This document shows positions 24,179-31,732 of a stretch of DNA of 32,000 nucleotides, one piece after another (position 1 is the first letter of the stretch; each line of letters starts with the position of its first letter). The notes below the pieces were generated by a model. It saw only the letters and a list, made by a program, of their open reading frames with translations, searched no databases and was not told the DNA's origin. The stretch spans positions 318,999-350,998 of the forward strand of contig CAID01000003.2 of NCBI GenBank assembly GCA_000214015.2. The letters run 5' to 3'. The stretch comes from Ostreococcus tauri. Lineage: Eukaryota. Both the position numbers and the translations under genes were made by a program.

Positions 24179-26797
24179 ATGGCGCTCGCGCTCGGGCGCG
24201 CGTGCGATGGACCTCCGCGCGCGCTCGGGGTGGCGATGGCGGTGACGCGCGGGCGACGCGCGGGTGACGCGCGCGCGCGCGTGCGAGCGCGACGGTGGAC
24301 CGCGACGGTGTCCAAGCTAGGTCGAGGGATGGCGGTGGACGAAGGGGTCGTCGCGCGGGCGTCGGTGGCGGAGAGCGCGGATGAGGGTGAACGACGCGAC
24401 CGAGGGCGATTGATCAAGGGCGCGGATGGGAAGTTCATCCGTGAGGGGTCGGAGCGCTCGGACGAGGGTGGACGCGGTGGACGCGGCGGACGCGGCGGAC
24501 GGGGCGGCGGGAGAGGCTTTGGTCGAGGACGCGGCGACGGCGACGGCGACGGACGCGGTGGACGCGGTGGACGCGGTGGACGCGGTGGACGCGCGTCGTA
24601 TGATGGTGGTGGACGCGGTGACGGTGGCGGGCGGAATGGTGCGGGGCGAAACTTCAGGAACGACGCGAGGCCGGCGGGCGGTCGCGGGAACGCCGGAGGT
24701 CGAGCCGGACGCGGCGGCGGGAGGAACAATTCCAACGCTCGCTGGCAAGACGGACGAAAGGGCATGGGTGGCCGTCCGCGACCGCAGATGAGCGATGCGA
24801 GCATGAGCGATCAGCTCAAACAAAGACGCGGAAGTAAGGCTGCAAAGCAAGCGCAACGCAGAAAGCAAGCCGAGGAGAACAAGGCTGTGGCTGTGGAGAT
24901 TCTCGAAGTCCCAGCGGAGGGCATGGGAATCGACGATCTTACCGATCTTCTCGCGACGACGCAGGCGCAAATTATTAAAACACTCTTCATGAAGGGAATC
25001 GCTGTGCAAATGGGCCAACTACTCGATAGAGCAGCCGTGATCGCCGTGGCGGAGGACATGGAAGTGGAGTGGATCGACGAAGCCGAGCAAGGCGTCGAGG
25101 TTGCCGCCAAAAAGGTCACGCAGTTCATGAGCGAGGACGACTTCGATTTCTTAACAGCACGCGCTCCTGTGGTGACCATCATGGGGCACGTAGACCACGG
25201 TAAGACGTCGCTTTTGGATTACATTCACAAGTCCAAGGTTGCCGCGGGTGAGGCTGGTGGAATCACGCAAGGTATCGGCGCGTACCAAGTTAGTACCATG
25301 GTTGGAGACGAAGAGAAGGAGATTACCTTCCTCGATACCCCTGGTCACGAAGCATTTAGCGCCATGCGCGCACGAGGCGCTCGAGTGACCGATATCGCCA
25401 TCATCATCGTCGCCGCCGACGACGGCATGCGACCGCAAACCGAGGAGGCTGTCTCCCACGCCAGAGCAGCCGACGTGCCGATCATCGTTGCAGTCAACAA
25501 GATCGATAAAGAAGGTGCCAATCCCGACCGTGTGCGCGACGAAATGTCGCGTATCGGCGTCATCAGCGAAGAGTGGGGCGGGGATATTCCGTTCATGCCC
25601 ATCAGCGCCAAGACTGGCGAAGGCATCGACGATTTGCTTGAAACAATCTCTCTCACTGCGGAGCTGTGCGAGCTCGTCGCGAACCCCGATCGAGAGGCTC
25701 AAGGTACCGTCATCGAAGCGTTCCTCGATAAACAACGCGGTCCTATGGCCACTGTTCTCGTCCAAGCCGGTACTCTTCGTATCGGCGATGCGATCCAAAT
25801 TGGTGGCATCTACGGCAAAGTTCGGGCGATGGAAGACTCCCAGGGCACGAAGATTGATGAGGCTGGACCCTCCGTCCCGGTTCAAATCATGGGTCTCAAC
25901 GGCGTCCCTATCGCAGGCGAAGAGTTCACTGTCTTTGCGTCGGATACCATGGCTCGTGAGAAGGCCGAGAAGGTTCAAGAAGAGGCGCGCAACAACCGTC
26001 TGATTGAAGGTAACGTCGTTTCGCTGAACAACTTACCTGGCGACGAAGAAGGATTACAAAAGATAAACCTCATCGTGAAAACGGACGTGAGTGGTTCGTG
26101 CGAAGCCATCAAGGCTGCTCTCGGCGCACTGCCACAGGATCGCGTGCAACTTCGATTTCTCATGGCCTCTGCAGGTGAAGTGAGCGAGAGTGACGTCGAC
26201 CTCGCCGCCGCTTCCCAAGGGATCATTGTGGCGTTCAACACTCCGTGCAGCGATAGAATCATGGATATCGCTGACCGTGCGAAGGTTGAGGTGCGAACCT
26301 ACGATGTCATCTACGATCTTGTCGATCAAGTCCGCGCCGCCATGGAGGGAATGCTGAGCTCCATCAAGGAGGAGATTCCGTTCGGCAAGGCGAAATGCAA
26401 GGCCGTCTTTGGTGGAGGTAAAGCGAAGGTTGCCGGTAGTGAGGTGATCGAAGGGAACTTCCAAGTGAAGAAGTATCTACGCGTCATGAGAAAAGGCAAA
26501 GAAGTTTACTTCGGCAAGGTTGGCTCCCTTCGTCGCATCAAGGACAACGTCAAGAAGGTGGAAGCCGGCTTGGAGTGCGGTATCGGCGCCGATCCCGAAT
26601 GGGACGGCTTCAGAGAGGGGGACGAACTTCAATGCTTGGATCTCGTCGACAAGATTCAGACTCTTGAAACTGCGAGCGAGATTCTCGCCGAGCGCGTCGA
26701 GGAATATCAAGCCGGAGAGGATGAGCGGAATGCTGCGCGCGAAAAGGCCAAGGAGGGATACCAGCGACAGCAGCGACGAGGCGCGACGACGTCTTAA
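24179..26797 (+). CDS. IF2: Bacterial-type (organellar) translation initiation factor IF-2 with an N-terminal RGG/RG-rich extension
   Basis: Track ORF 23291-26797. I chose the ATG at 24179 (MALALGRACDGPPRALGVAMAVTRGRRAG..., transit-peptide-like). GTPase motifs: IMGHVDHGKTSLLD, FLDTPGHEAF, VAVNKIDK, ISAKTGEGI. The IF-2 C-terminal domains are present (VKTDVSGSCEAIKAAL, GIIVAFN, IIYDLVDQV). The start could instead be MAVTRG or MAVDEG slightly downstream. Confidence 0.9.
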   Translation: MALALGRACDGPPRALGVAMAVTRGRRAGDARARVRARRWTATVSKLGRGMAVDEGVVARASVAESADEGERRDRGRLIKGADGKFIREGSERSDEGGRGGRGGRGGRGGGRGFGRGRGDGDGDGRGGRGGRGGRGGRASYDGGGRGDGGGRNGAGRNFRNDARPAGGRGNAGGRAGRGGGRNNSNARWQDGRKGMGGRPRPQMSDASMSDQLKQRRGSKAAKQAQRRKQAEENKAVAVEILEVPAEGMGIDDLTDLLATTQAQIIKTLFMKGIAVQMGQLLDRAAVIAVAEDMEVEWIDEAEQGVEVAAKKVTQFMSEDDFDFLTARAPVVTIMGHVDHGKTSLLDYIHKSKVAAGEAGGITQGIGAYQVSTMVGDEEKEITFLDTPGHEAFSAMRARGARVTDIAIIIVAADDGMRPQTEEAVSHARAADVPIIVAVNKIDKEGANPDRVRDEMSRIGVISEEWGGDIPFMPISAKTGEGIDDLLETISLTAELCELVANPDREAQGTVIEAFLDKQRGPMATVLVQAGTLRIGDAIQIGGIYGKVRAMEDSQGTKIDEAGPSVPVQIMGLNGVPIAGEEFTVFASDTMAREKAEKVQEEARNNRLIEGNVVSLNNLPGDEEGLQKINLIVKTDVSGSCEAIKAALGALPQDRVQLRFLMASAGEVSESDVDLAAASQGIIVAFNTPCSDRIMDIADRAKVEVRTYDVIYDLVDQVRAAMEGMLSSIKEEIPFGKAKCKAVFGGGKAKVAGSEVIEGNFQVKKYLRVMRKGKEVYFGKVGSLRRIKDNVKKVEAGLECGIGADPEWDGFREGDELQCLDLVDKIQTLETASEILAERVEEYQAGEDERNAAREKAKEGYQRQQRRGATTS
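24467..24595. repeat. 9-bp periodic GGTGGACGC-type repeats encoding the RGG box of IF-2
   Basis: Read directly from the sequence: ggtggacgcggtggacgcggcggacgcggcggacgg ... ggacgcggtggacgcggtggacgcggtggacgcggtggacgc. Translated antisense it gives PPRPPRPPRP, which explains the spurious N-terminus of the 1608-aa minus-strand ORF. Confidence 0.9.
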
Positions 26798-26862
26798 AAA
26801 ACTAGTCAATGCGACATGCGCAATACATAGAACAAAGTTGAGCACGTGTAAACTAAATCAAT

Positions 26863-27061
26863 TCAATTTTCAATCTCCTTCTTCGCCGCCTCTCGCGCTA
26901 TGCGAGCGTTCTCCGCCTTCTTCAACCGCGCCTCCCGCCGCGCTCGCTTCTCCGCCTCGTCCCTCTCCGAGTCCTTCTCCCGAAGATCCACCCCGAGCGC
27001 GCTCGCGATCATCCGTCGAGCCGTCGACACGTCCGTCTTCGCTCTTCCCGGTGCTCTCTCC

Positions 27062-27103
<42 letters not shown>

Positions 27104-27288
27104 TCGTCCGTCTTCTCCTTCGTCTCTTTCGACTCCACTCGCAACGCGCTCACGCCCTGTACGAGCGCGTCCACGCTCGCGTCGTCCGCCGTGGACGCGT
27201 CTCGCCCATCCGTCGCCCTCGCGCTCCCGTCCTCGCGCGCCTCCGCGTCGTCCTCGCGCGCGTCGTCGCCCCGTCGCTCGCGCACCAT
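26863..27288 (-). CDS. Small acidic hypothetical protein with a poly-Thr tract and a basic C-terminal helix
   Basis: Genuine ATG at 27288. The C-terminal part looks protein-like (RRMIASALGVDLREKDSERDEAEKRARREARLKKAENARIAREAAKKEIEN). The frame choice across the (TCG)13 tract is uncertain: poly-Thr here, poly-Asp in the 26870-27340 frame. Confidence 0.45.
27063..27103. repeat. (TCG)13 perfect trinucleotide microsatellite
   Basis: Read directly from the sequence. It lies inside the putative small acidic CDS. Confidence 0.95.
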
Positions 27289-27395
27289 CGCGTCGAGCTG
27301 TAACGACCGCCGCCTCGGGCTCCGCGGTCGCCTCGGTCACTTCGTCTCGCGCGCGTCGTCGGCGTCGATCGACGCCGCGCGCGTCGTCGGCGTCG

Positions 27396-28244
27396 ATGTC
27401 CGCGAGGACGTCGTCGCAGCGCGCGGTGCGCGCACCGACGTCCGCGAGTGAGCTCTTCGGTGATTACGCCGCCGGACCGTCTCGCGCGCTCCAAGCGAGC
27501 GTTCGCGATCTTCGCCCGCTCGTCTCGGGCGTCGACGTCGATGGGTTCTGCTCGGGGGCGGCGGTGATGGTGTCCCACGGCCCGCACGATCGCTGGGACG
27601 CGGATGAGATGGGGAAACGGACGGTGGCGTTCGTGTTCGACGGCGTGCGCGCGGCGGACGCGGCGTTGGTCGATCTGGCGCTTCGCGAGCGTGAACGAGG
27701 CGAGGGGATCGATGTGAGTAATTTAGGAGGCTATCACTCTCGCCCAGATGCGTTCGAGAGGCTGGGTGGATGCGCGGCGGCGCTGAGAGCGACTGTCGAG
27801 CGCGCGTGCGAGGCGTGCTGGGACGCGGTGCGGGGCGACGCGAAGAGCGTGTGGGTCAAGGCGATGATGGGTGCGGGAGACCCGACAAAGGTGACCACAT
27901 CGTGGGCGAACGTGTGCGAGCGCACCAACGGGCACGGGTTGCATAATCACGTGAATGCGGTTTGGAGCGGCGTGTATTACGCGAGCGACGGGCGAGACGC
28001 GGAAACGACTCCGCGCGAAGACGTCGACGAGCCGGGAGATTTGTTGATTCGAGTCACGGCCGGTGGACTTGATCCACTATCGGAAGGTCCGTCGGGGTAT
28101 TGTTCGTACATGTGCGTCAAGCCAAAGGTTGGTCGACTCGTCGTTTTCCCATCATGGGTTCTGCACGGAGTTCTCGCGTCGGCAGGGGACTCGCCGCGCG
28201 TATCATACGCGTTCAACACGGGAGAGATTGGTGTGAAATTTTAG
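27396..28244 (+). CDS. Putative 2OG-Fe(II) oxygenase of the PF13759 / TIGR02466-like family
   Basis: Track ORF 26520-28244. I chose the ATG at 27396 because the upstream part is S/P/R-rich and antisense to the small acidic gene. Family-typical strings: NLGGYHSRPDAF, WANVCERTNGHGLHNHVNAVWSGVYYA, GRLVVFPSWVLHGV, RVSYAFN. The start could be further downstream (MVSHGP or MGKRTV). Confidence 0.7.
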   Translation: MSARTSSQRAVRAPTSASELFGDYAAGPSRALQASVRDLRPLVSGVDVDGFCSGAAVMVSHGPHDRWDADEMGKRTVAFVFDGVRAADAALVDLALRERERGEGIDVSNLGGYHSRPDAFERLGGCAAALRATVERACEACWDAVRGDAKSVWVKAMMGAGDPTKVTTSWANVCERTNGHGLHNHVNAVWSGVYYASDGRDAETTPREDVDEPGDLLIRVTAGGLDPLSEGPSGYCSYMCVKPKVGRLVVFPSWVLHGVLASAGDSPRVSYAFNTGEIGVKF

Positions 28245-28302
28245 GCTAGCATATCTAAAAACTCTATTGGTTACGCTGTCGTCACGGGTGCCGTGATCTC
28301 GC

Positions 28303-29193
28303 TCAGTCTACCAGAGAAAAATCCTCGGCGCTTCGTCCCAACGGTGTATAGTTCTCGTTAAATCCGAATCCAGATGGTCGCACATACGGCTTCTTGTACA
28401 CCCATGACACGTAAGCGAAGGTCGTTCCGAGCGTCGCACCGACAAGGACGTCCTCCCAGTGATGCCAGTAATCGCGGATCCTCGTCAAACCCACGAACAT
28501 AGCGAGCAAAGTCGGTCCCAGAACCACGATTAATTTCCACACAGCCTCCCACCTTCTAAATTTACGCTCTTCTCGTCCGACTCTGAACCAAGCGGCGAGG
28601 TAGAGCGAGCAGTAAAACAAACCGCTGAACGACATAGACGTGTGCCCACTCGGAAAGCTCCTACGTCCTTGCTGGACGTCGTCGTTCGCGCCCGAGCACT
28701 TCGGCACCCCTGCAGACGCCCACACGATGTTCCCGTCTGGCCAACACCGAGCGACGAAATCCGGTCGAATGTTCCCTATGATGTTCTTCATCGCGCACGT
28801 CACCACCCACGTAAGACCAACGCTGACCGTCAAGCCGCCGATGGCTCGCTCTTTCCGCACGTGTGGGTTCCAGCTCCTAGGAACCGCGAGCATGCACGCC
28901 AGCGGAATCAAAAACGAGATGATCGGCACCACCACCGTCGGCACCGTGTTCTCCTTGTGCGGATAACTGTACCGCCACAGCATCTCTTGCTGAATGTACT
29001 TTTGATTCGGTTCCGCCACCTCGAGCCACGTCCCGAGCGAGAACATCAACCCGAACGCGACGGCGTCAACCGCCAGCGTCCGCGCGCGCGCGCGCCGCGT
29101 CATCAAGTTCGACGTCTCTTCCCGCTCTTCCCGCGCCTCCCGCGCCGTCTCGCCTCGCTCACCGCTCGACGACGCCATCATCGAGTCCACCAT
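28303..29193 (-). CDS. LPP: PAP2-superfamily lipid phosphate phosphatase
   Basis: The three PAP2 motifs are present: KNIIGNIRPDF (KxxxxxxRP), SFPSGHTS (PSGH), TRIRDYWHHWEDVLVG (SRxxxxxHxxxD-like). There are six hydrophobic segments. Genuine ATG at 29193. Confidence 0.85.
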   Translation of the reverse strand: MVDSMMASSSGERGETAREAREEREETSNLMTRRARARTLAVDAVAFGLMFSLGTWLEVAEPNQKYIQQEMLWRYSYPHKENTVPTVVVPIISFLIPLACMLAVPRSWNPHVRKERAIGGLTVSVGLTWVVTCAMKNIIGNIRPDFVARCWPDGNIVWASAGVPKCSGANDDVQQGRRSFPSGHTSMSFSGLFYCSLYLAAWFRVGREERKFRRWEAVWKLIVVLGPTLLAMFVGLTRIRDYWHHWEDVLVGATLGTTFAYVSWVYKKPYVRPSGFGFNENYTPLGRSAEDFSLVD

Positions 29194-29450
29194 CCCGCGT
29201 CGACGCGCTCGACCGCGACGACGCCCCGAGTCCGCGCGGTATCCCGGACGTTATCCAATCGCCCCCCCTTCGGTGCCACTCCGATCGTTCGCGTCGAGCG
29301 TCCCGCGCGCGCTCGCGCGCTCGCGCGCGTCGTCACCGCGCGCGCCCGTCGCCTTCGTCGTCGTCCGCCTTCGTCGTCGCCGTCGTCCGCGCCGCGCGTC
29401 GAGGCGTCGCGATGACGTAGACGGCGCGTTCGTGCGTCGAGCGCAATCGA

Positions 29451-29521
29451 GGGGGTCACCGTTAAGTCATCACTCGTCACTCGACGACGAAGGGGGTCAC
29501 CGGTGAGTCATCACTCGTGCA
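29451..29521. repeat. Imperfect 30-bp direct repeat (period 41 bp): GGGGGTCACCGTTAAGTCATCACTCGTCAC / GGGGGTCACCGGTGAGTCATCACTCGTGCA
   Basis: Read directly from the sequence; about 27 of 30 positions are identical. Copy B contains TGAGTCA. Immediately downstream are CACCCGAAA(A)CACCCGAAACACCC (29527-29550) and TAGGGTTAGGG (29554-29564). Confidence 0.85.
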
Positions 29522-30071
29522 CGGACACACCCGAAAACACCCGAAACACCCACTAGGGTTAGGGGGACGATCCCACTCGAACGTTGGCGCGATTGCTCGG
29601 CGCGCGCGAACGATGACGCGAGCGTCGAAGCGTAAGGCGACGGTACCGAAGCCGACGACGAAGGCGAACGGTGCGATGCTGCGGTGCGCGCGCGTGTGGG
29701 GGGGGGTGGAACGAGAATCGGTCGAGGGCGACGATGGGCACGCGTGACGATGGGCGCGGGACCACGGACTCGGCCGTTGCGGGCGCGGTGGAACTCGGAC
29801 GCGCGCGCGCGCGAATGCGGACTGACGAGGACGTGGACGATGCGAAGCGAAAGCAGGCACAAAGGATAAGAAACCGACGGTACGGATGAACGATGGGTGA
29901 TCGAGGAGGGCACGCGGGTGGAAGACGGGACGCGCGCGCGAATTGAAATGCCGACGAGGACGCGCGCGGGTGATATCGAGCGCTCACGTGGGGACGACGT
30001 CGACGCGTTAGGAGCGTGTGAGTGGTGAAATGGGATGAAAACTGACGGAGTGTTGTCCTGAACCAACGCAG

Positions 30072-30888
30072 GAGACGTCGAAGAAGGCTGAAAAGGTCGT
30101 GGCGGGTTCGCTCGCGGCGACGCAGAGCAAAGCTCCAGTGGATCCGTTCGCATTTGAGGAGGGTGATGTGGTCGTCGGATCGATTTCCTTGACCGTAAAA
30201 TGGGTGATGAAGGGGCACACGACATCGGAGTGGACTTTCTCCGTTCCGGTGCGTCGAAAACGCGCGTGTCGACGACGAAGACGTAAACCCTAATCGTTAT
30301 TTGAACCCTAGACTGACGAGCGTTTTCGCGAAACAGGCTGACGCGACTGTCGACTCGTTGCGTAAGATGGTCGAAGAGACAACGGACGGTGTTTTGAAGG
30401 CGCACGCAATCATTTTGAAGCACAAGAGCAAGGAAATGGATCGTACGAGCGCGCTACTGTCTGATTACGGCATCGGCGACGGCTCGGAAGTCGTACTCTT
30501 GCTCAACCACGAGGCGGGACCCGTCCCAGTGCCGCCGACAGCCGTGAACCACGGGTTCCCTGGAGAGCCGGTGGCGAAAAAGGCAAAGAAAGACAAGAAG
30601 GAGGGTCAGTCCGACAAGAAGCGTGAGCGTTTCACGAAGGCGGAGGCTGAAGATCTCATCAAGGGTGTCGAGTTGTACGGTTTGGGACAGTGGGCGCAAA
30701 TCAAGTTAGCCTACTTCAGGTCGACTCAACGTACGGGCGTCGATCTTAAGGACAAGTGGCGTAACCTTGTGACTGCTTCGCAACGACCGCCTGGTTTCAA
30801 ATTCCGCGTCGAATACTTGAACGATCCAGCGTTCCTTGGTCACGTTGCCAAGGTAAACACCGACGCGTTGAGCAAGCATCGTGAATAA
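30072..30888 (+). CDS. Ubiquitin-like domain + telobox Myb protein (plant TRFL/TBP1-type telomeric-repeat-binding protein); intron 30249-30336; 5' end and start codon unresolved
   Basis: Myb domain with the telobox signature: KRERFTKAEAEDLIKGVELYGLGQWAQIKLAYFRSTQRTGVDLKDKWRNLV. Joining 30248 to 30337 (GTGCGT...ACTGAC...CAG, 88 nt) fuses two track ORFs in frame and restores a Ubl fold: ISLTVKWVMKGHTTSEWTFSVP|ADATVDSLRKMVEE...GSEVVLLL. The frame is open back to 30039, but the first in-frame ATG is at 30207, so an upstream exon is likely. A good acceptor lies at 30069-30071. Confidence 0.7.
30285..30293 (+). promoter_or_regulatory. Telo-box AAACCCTAA inside the intron of the telobox-Myb gene, with a second AACCCTA core at 30304-30310
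   Basis: Read directly from the sequence: acgtAAACCCTAAtcgttatttgAACCCTAgactgac. Confidence 0.6.
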
Positions 30889-30967
30889 GTACGGCAGTGC
30901 TCGTTAGCAGTGCGAAACATGTAACACTCAACCTCACAAAAAATGATGTCTACGCATCGGTGTCTAC

Positions 30968-31732
30968 CTATCCTAAAGGCCGATTTTCCATCCCCTCCAT
31001 CGGCGCGTCTTCCGTATTCTGTCGTTTCTTTGGCGCCTCGTCCTCGTGGAGCTTTCCGTGCACCTCGTAACGAGCGATGCTCTTCTTCTGAATGTTCACC
31101 ACCGCCGCCGTGGCGTCGACGATGAACGCTATCGCGTCTAAATATTCCTTCTCCGTCAACGCCCCCGTCGTCGAGCAACCAACGATGGCGATCTCGTCCT
31201 TCTCCCTGTGCTTGCTCAGCGCGCACGCGCGAACCACCGCCCTCGCCTCCGTCTCCTCCCGCTTCGTCGGATCGATCACCATCGATCCCTCCCTCGTCAA
31301 CGCGCACGCGTTGGCGCATATCAACCCACGCATGGGAACGTTCGCATCGATCAGGGCGCAGCACACCGCGTTCACGCACGCCGCTTCCGCGTTCCCGTCG
31401 TCGCTCACCACGCGCGCGGAGATCCTCAACCCGAATCGCGGAAAATCCCTCAGCTCCACGCACCGTTCGATCGCCCCTCGCAGCCTCCCCTCGCACGCCC
31501 GCTGATCGTCTCGCGACATCCAACCCGGGGCGCTCAGTTCGACGTCGATGACGCCGCGATCGTGCGCCTCTCGCCACGGCGCGATTCGCAATGGCCCGTG
31601 CACGGCGGCGACGACGATCGTCCCGTCGATGCGATACTCCGCGCTCCCGCTCGCGCTCGGCACTCTCGATCGATGCAACCGCTGACGACGGAGCATCTCC
31701 CGCGAGCGCCCGTCGGGACGAAGGGACGACAT
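30968..31732 (-). CDS. RNase PH-like exosome subunit (RRP46/RRP41 family)
   Basis: MSSLRPDGRSREMLR...GSAEYRIDGTIVVAAVHGP... matches the RNase PH domain 1 pattern. Followed by ...NAEAACVNAVCCALIDANVPMRGLICA. Genuine ATG at 31732. The overlapping 326-aa ORF (30840-31820) in another frame is R/G junk. Confidence 0.8.
   Translation of the reverse strand: MSSLRPDGRSREMLRRQRLHRSRVPSASGSAEYRIDGTIVVAAVHGPLRIAPWREAHDRGVIDVELSAPGWMSRDDQRACEGRLRGAIERCVELRDFPRFGLRISARVVSDDGNAEAACVNAVCCALIDANVPMRGLICANACALTREGSMVIDPTKREETEARAVVRACALSKHREKDEIAIVGCSTTGALTEKEYLDAIAFIVDATAAVVNIQKKSIARYEVHGKLHEDEAPKKRQNTEDAPMEGMENRPLG

Noticed and set aside
23644-24804. N-terminal 387 codons of the 1608-aa minus-strand ORF (proline-rich PPRPPRPPRP, then MGSMGSIDAIDGIDRWDR...)
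   Set aside because: The proline-rich part is the exact antisense of the IF-2 RGG-box codons, and the rest is a read-through of the stop-free ATCGAT array. Neither looks like a genuine protein, and it would overlap the IF-2 CDS by more than 600 bp.
26520-27395. N-terminal 292 codons of the 574-aa ORF (S/P/R-rich, poly-Ser)
   Set aside because: The ORF starts inside the IF-2 CDS in another frame and runs antisense through the small acidic gene and the (TCG)13 tract. The 2OG-oxygenase homology begins only after 27396.
29497-30423. 308-aa and 219-aa minus-strand ORFs in the PAP2/telobox-Myb gap
   Set aside because: They are low-complexity (P/S/R-rich), run antisense to the Ubl exons of the Myb gene, and show no recognisable motifs.
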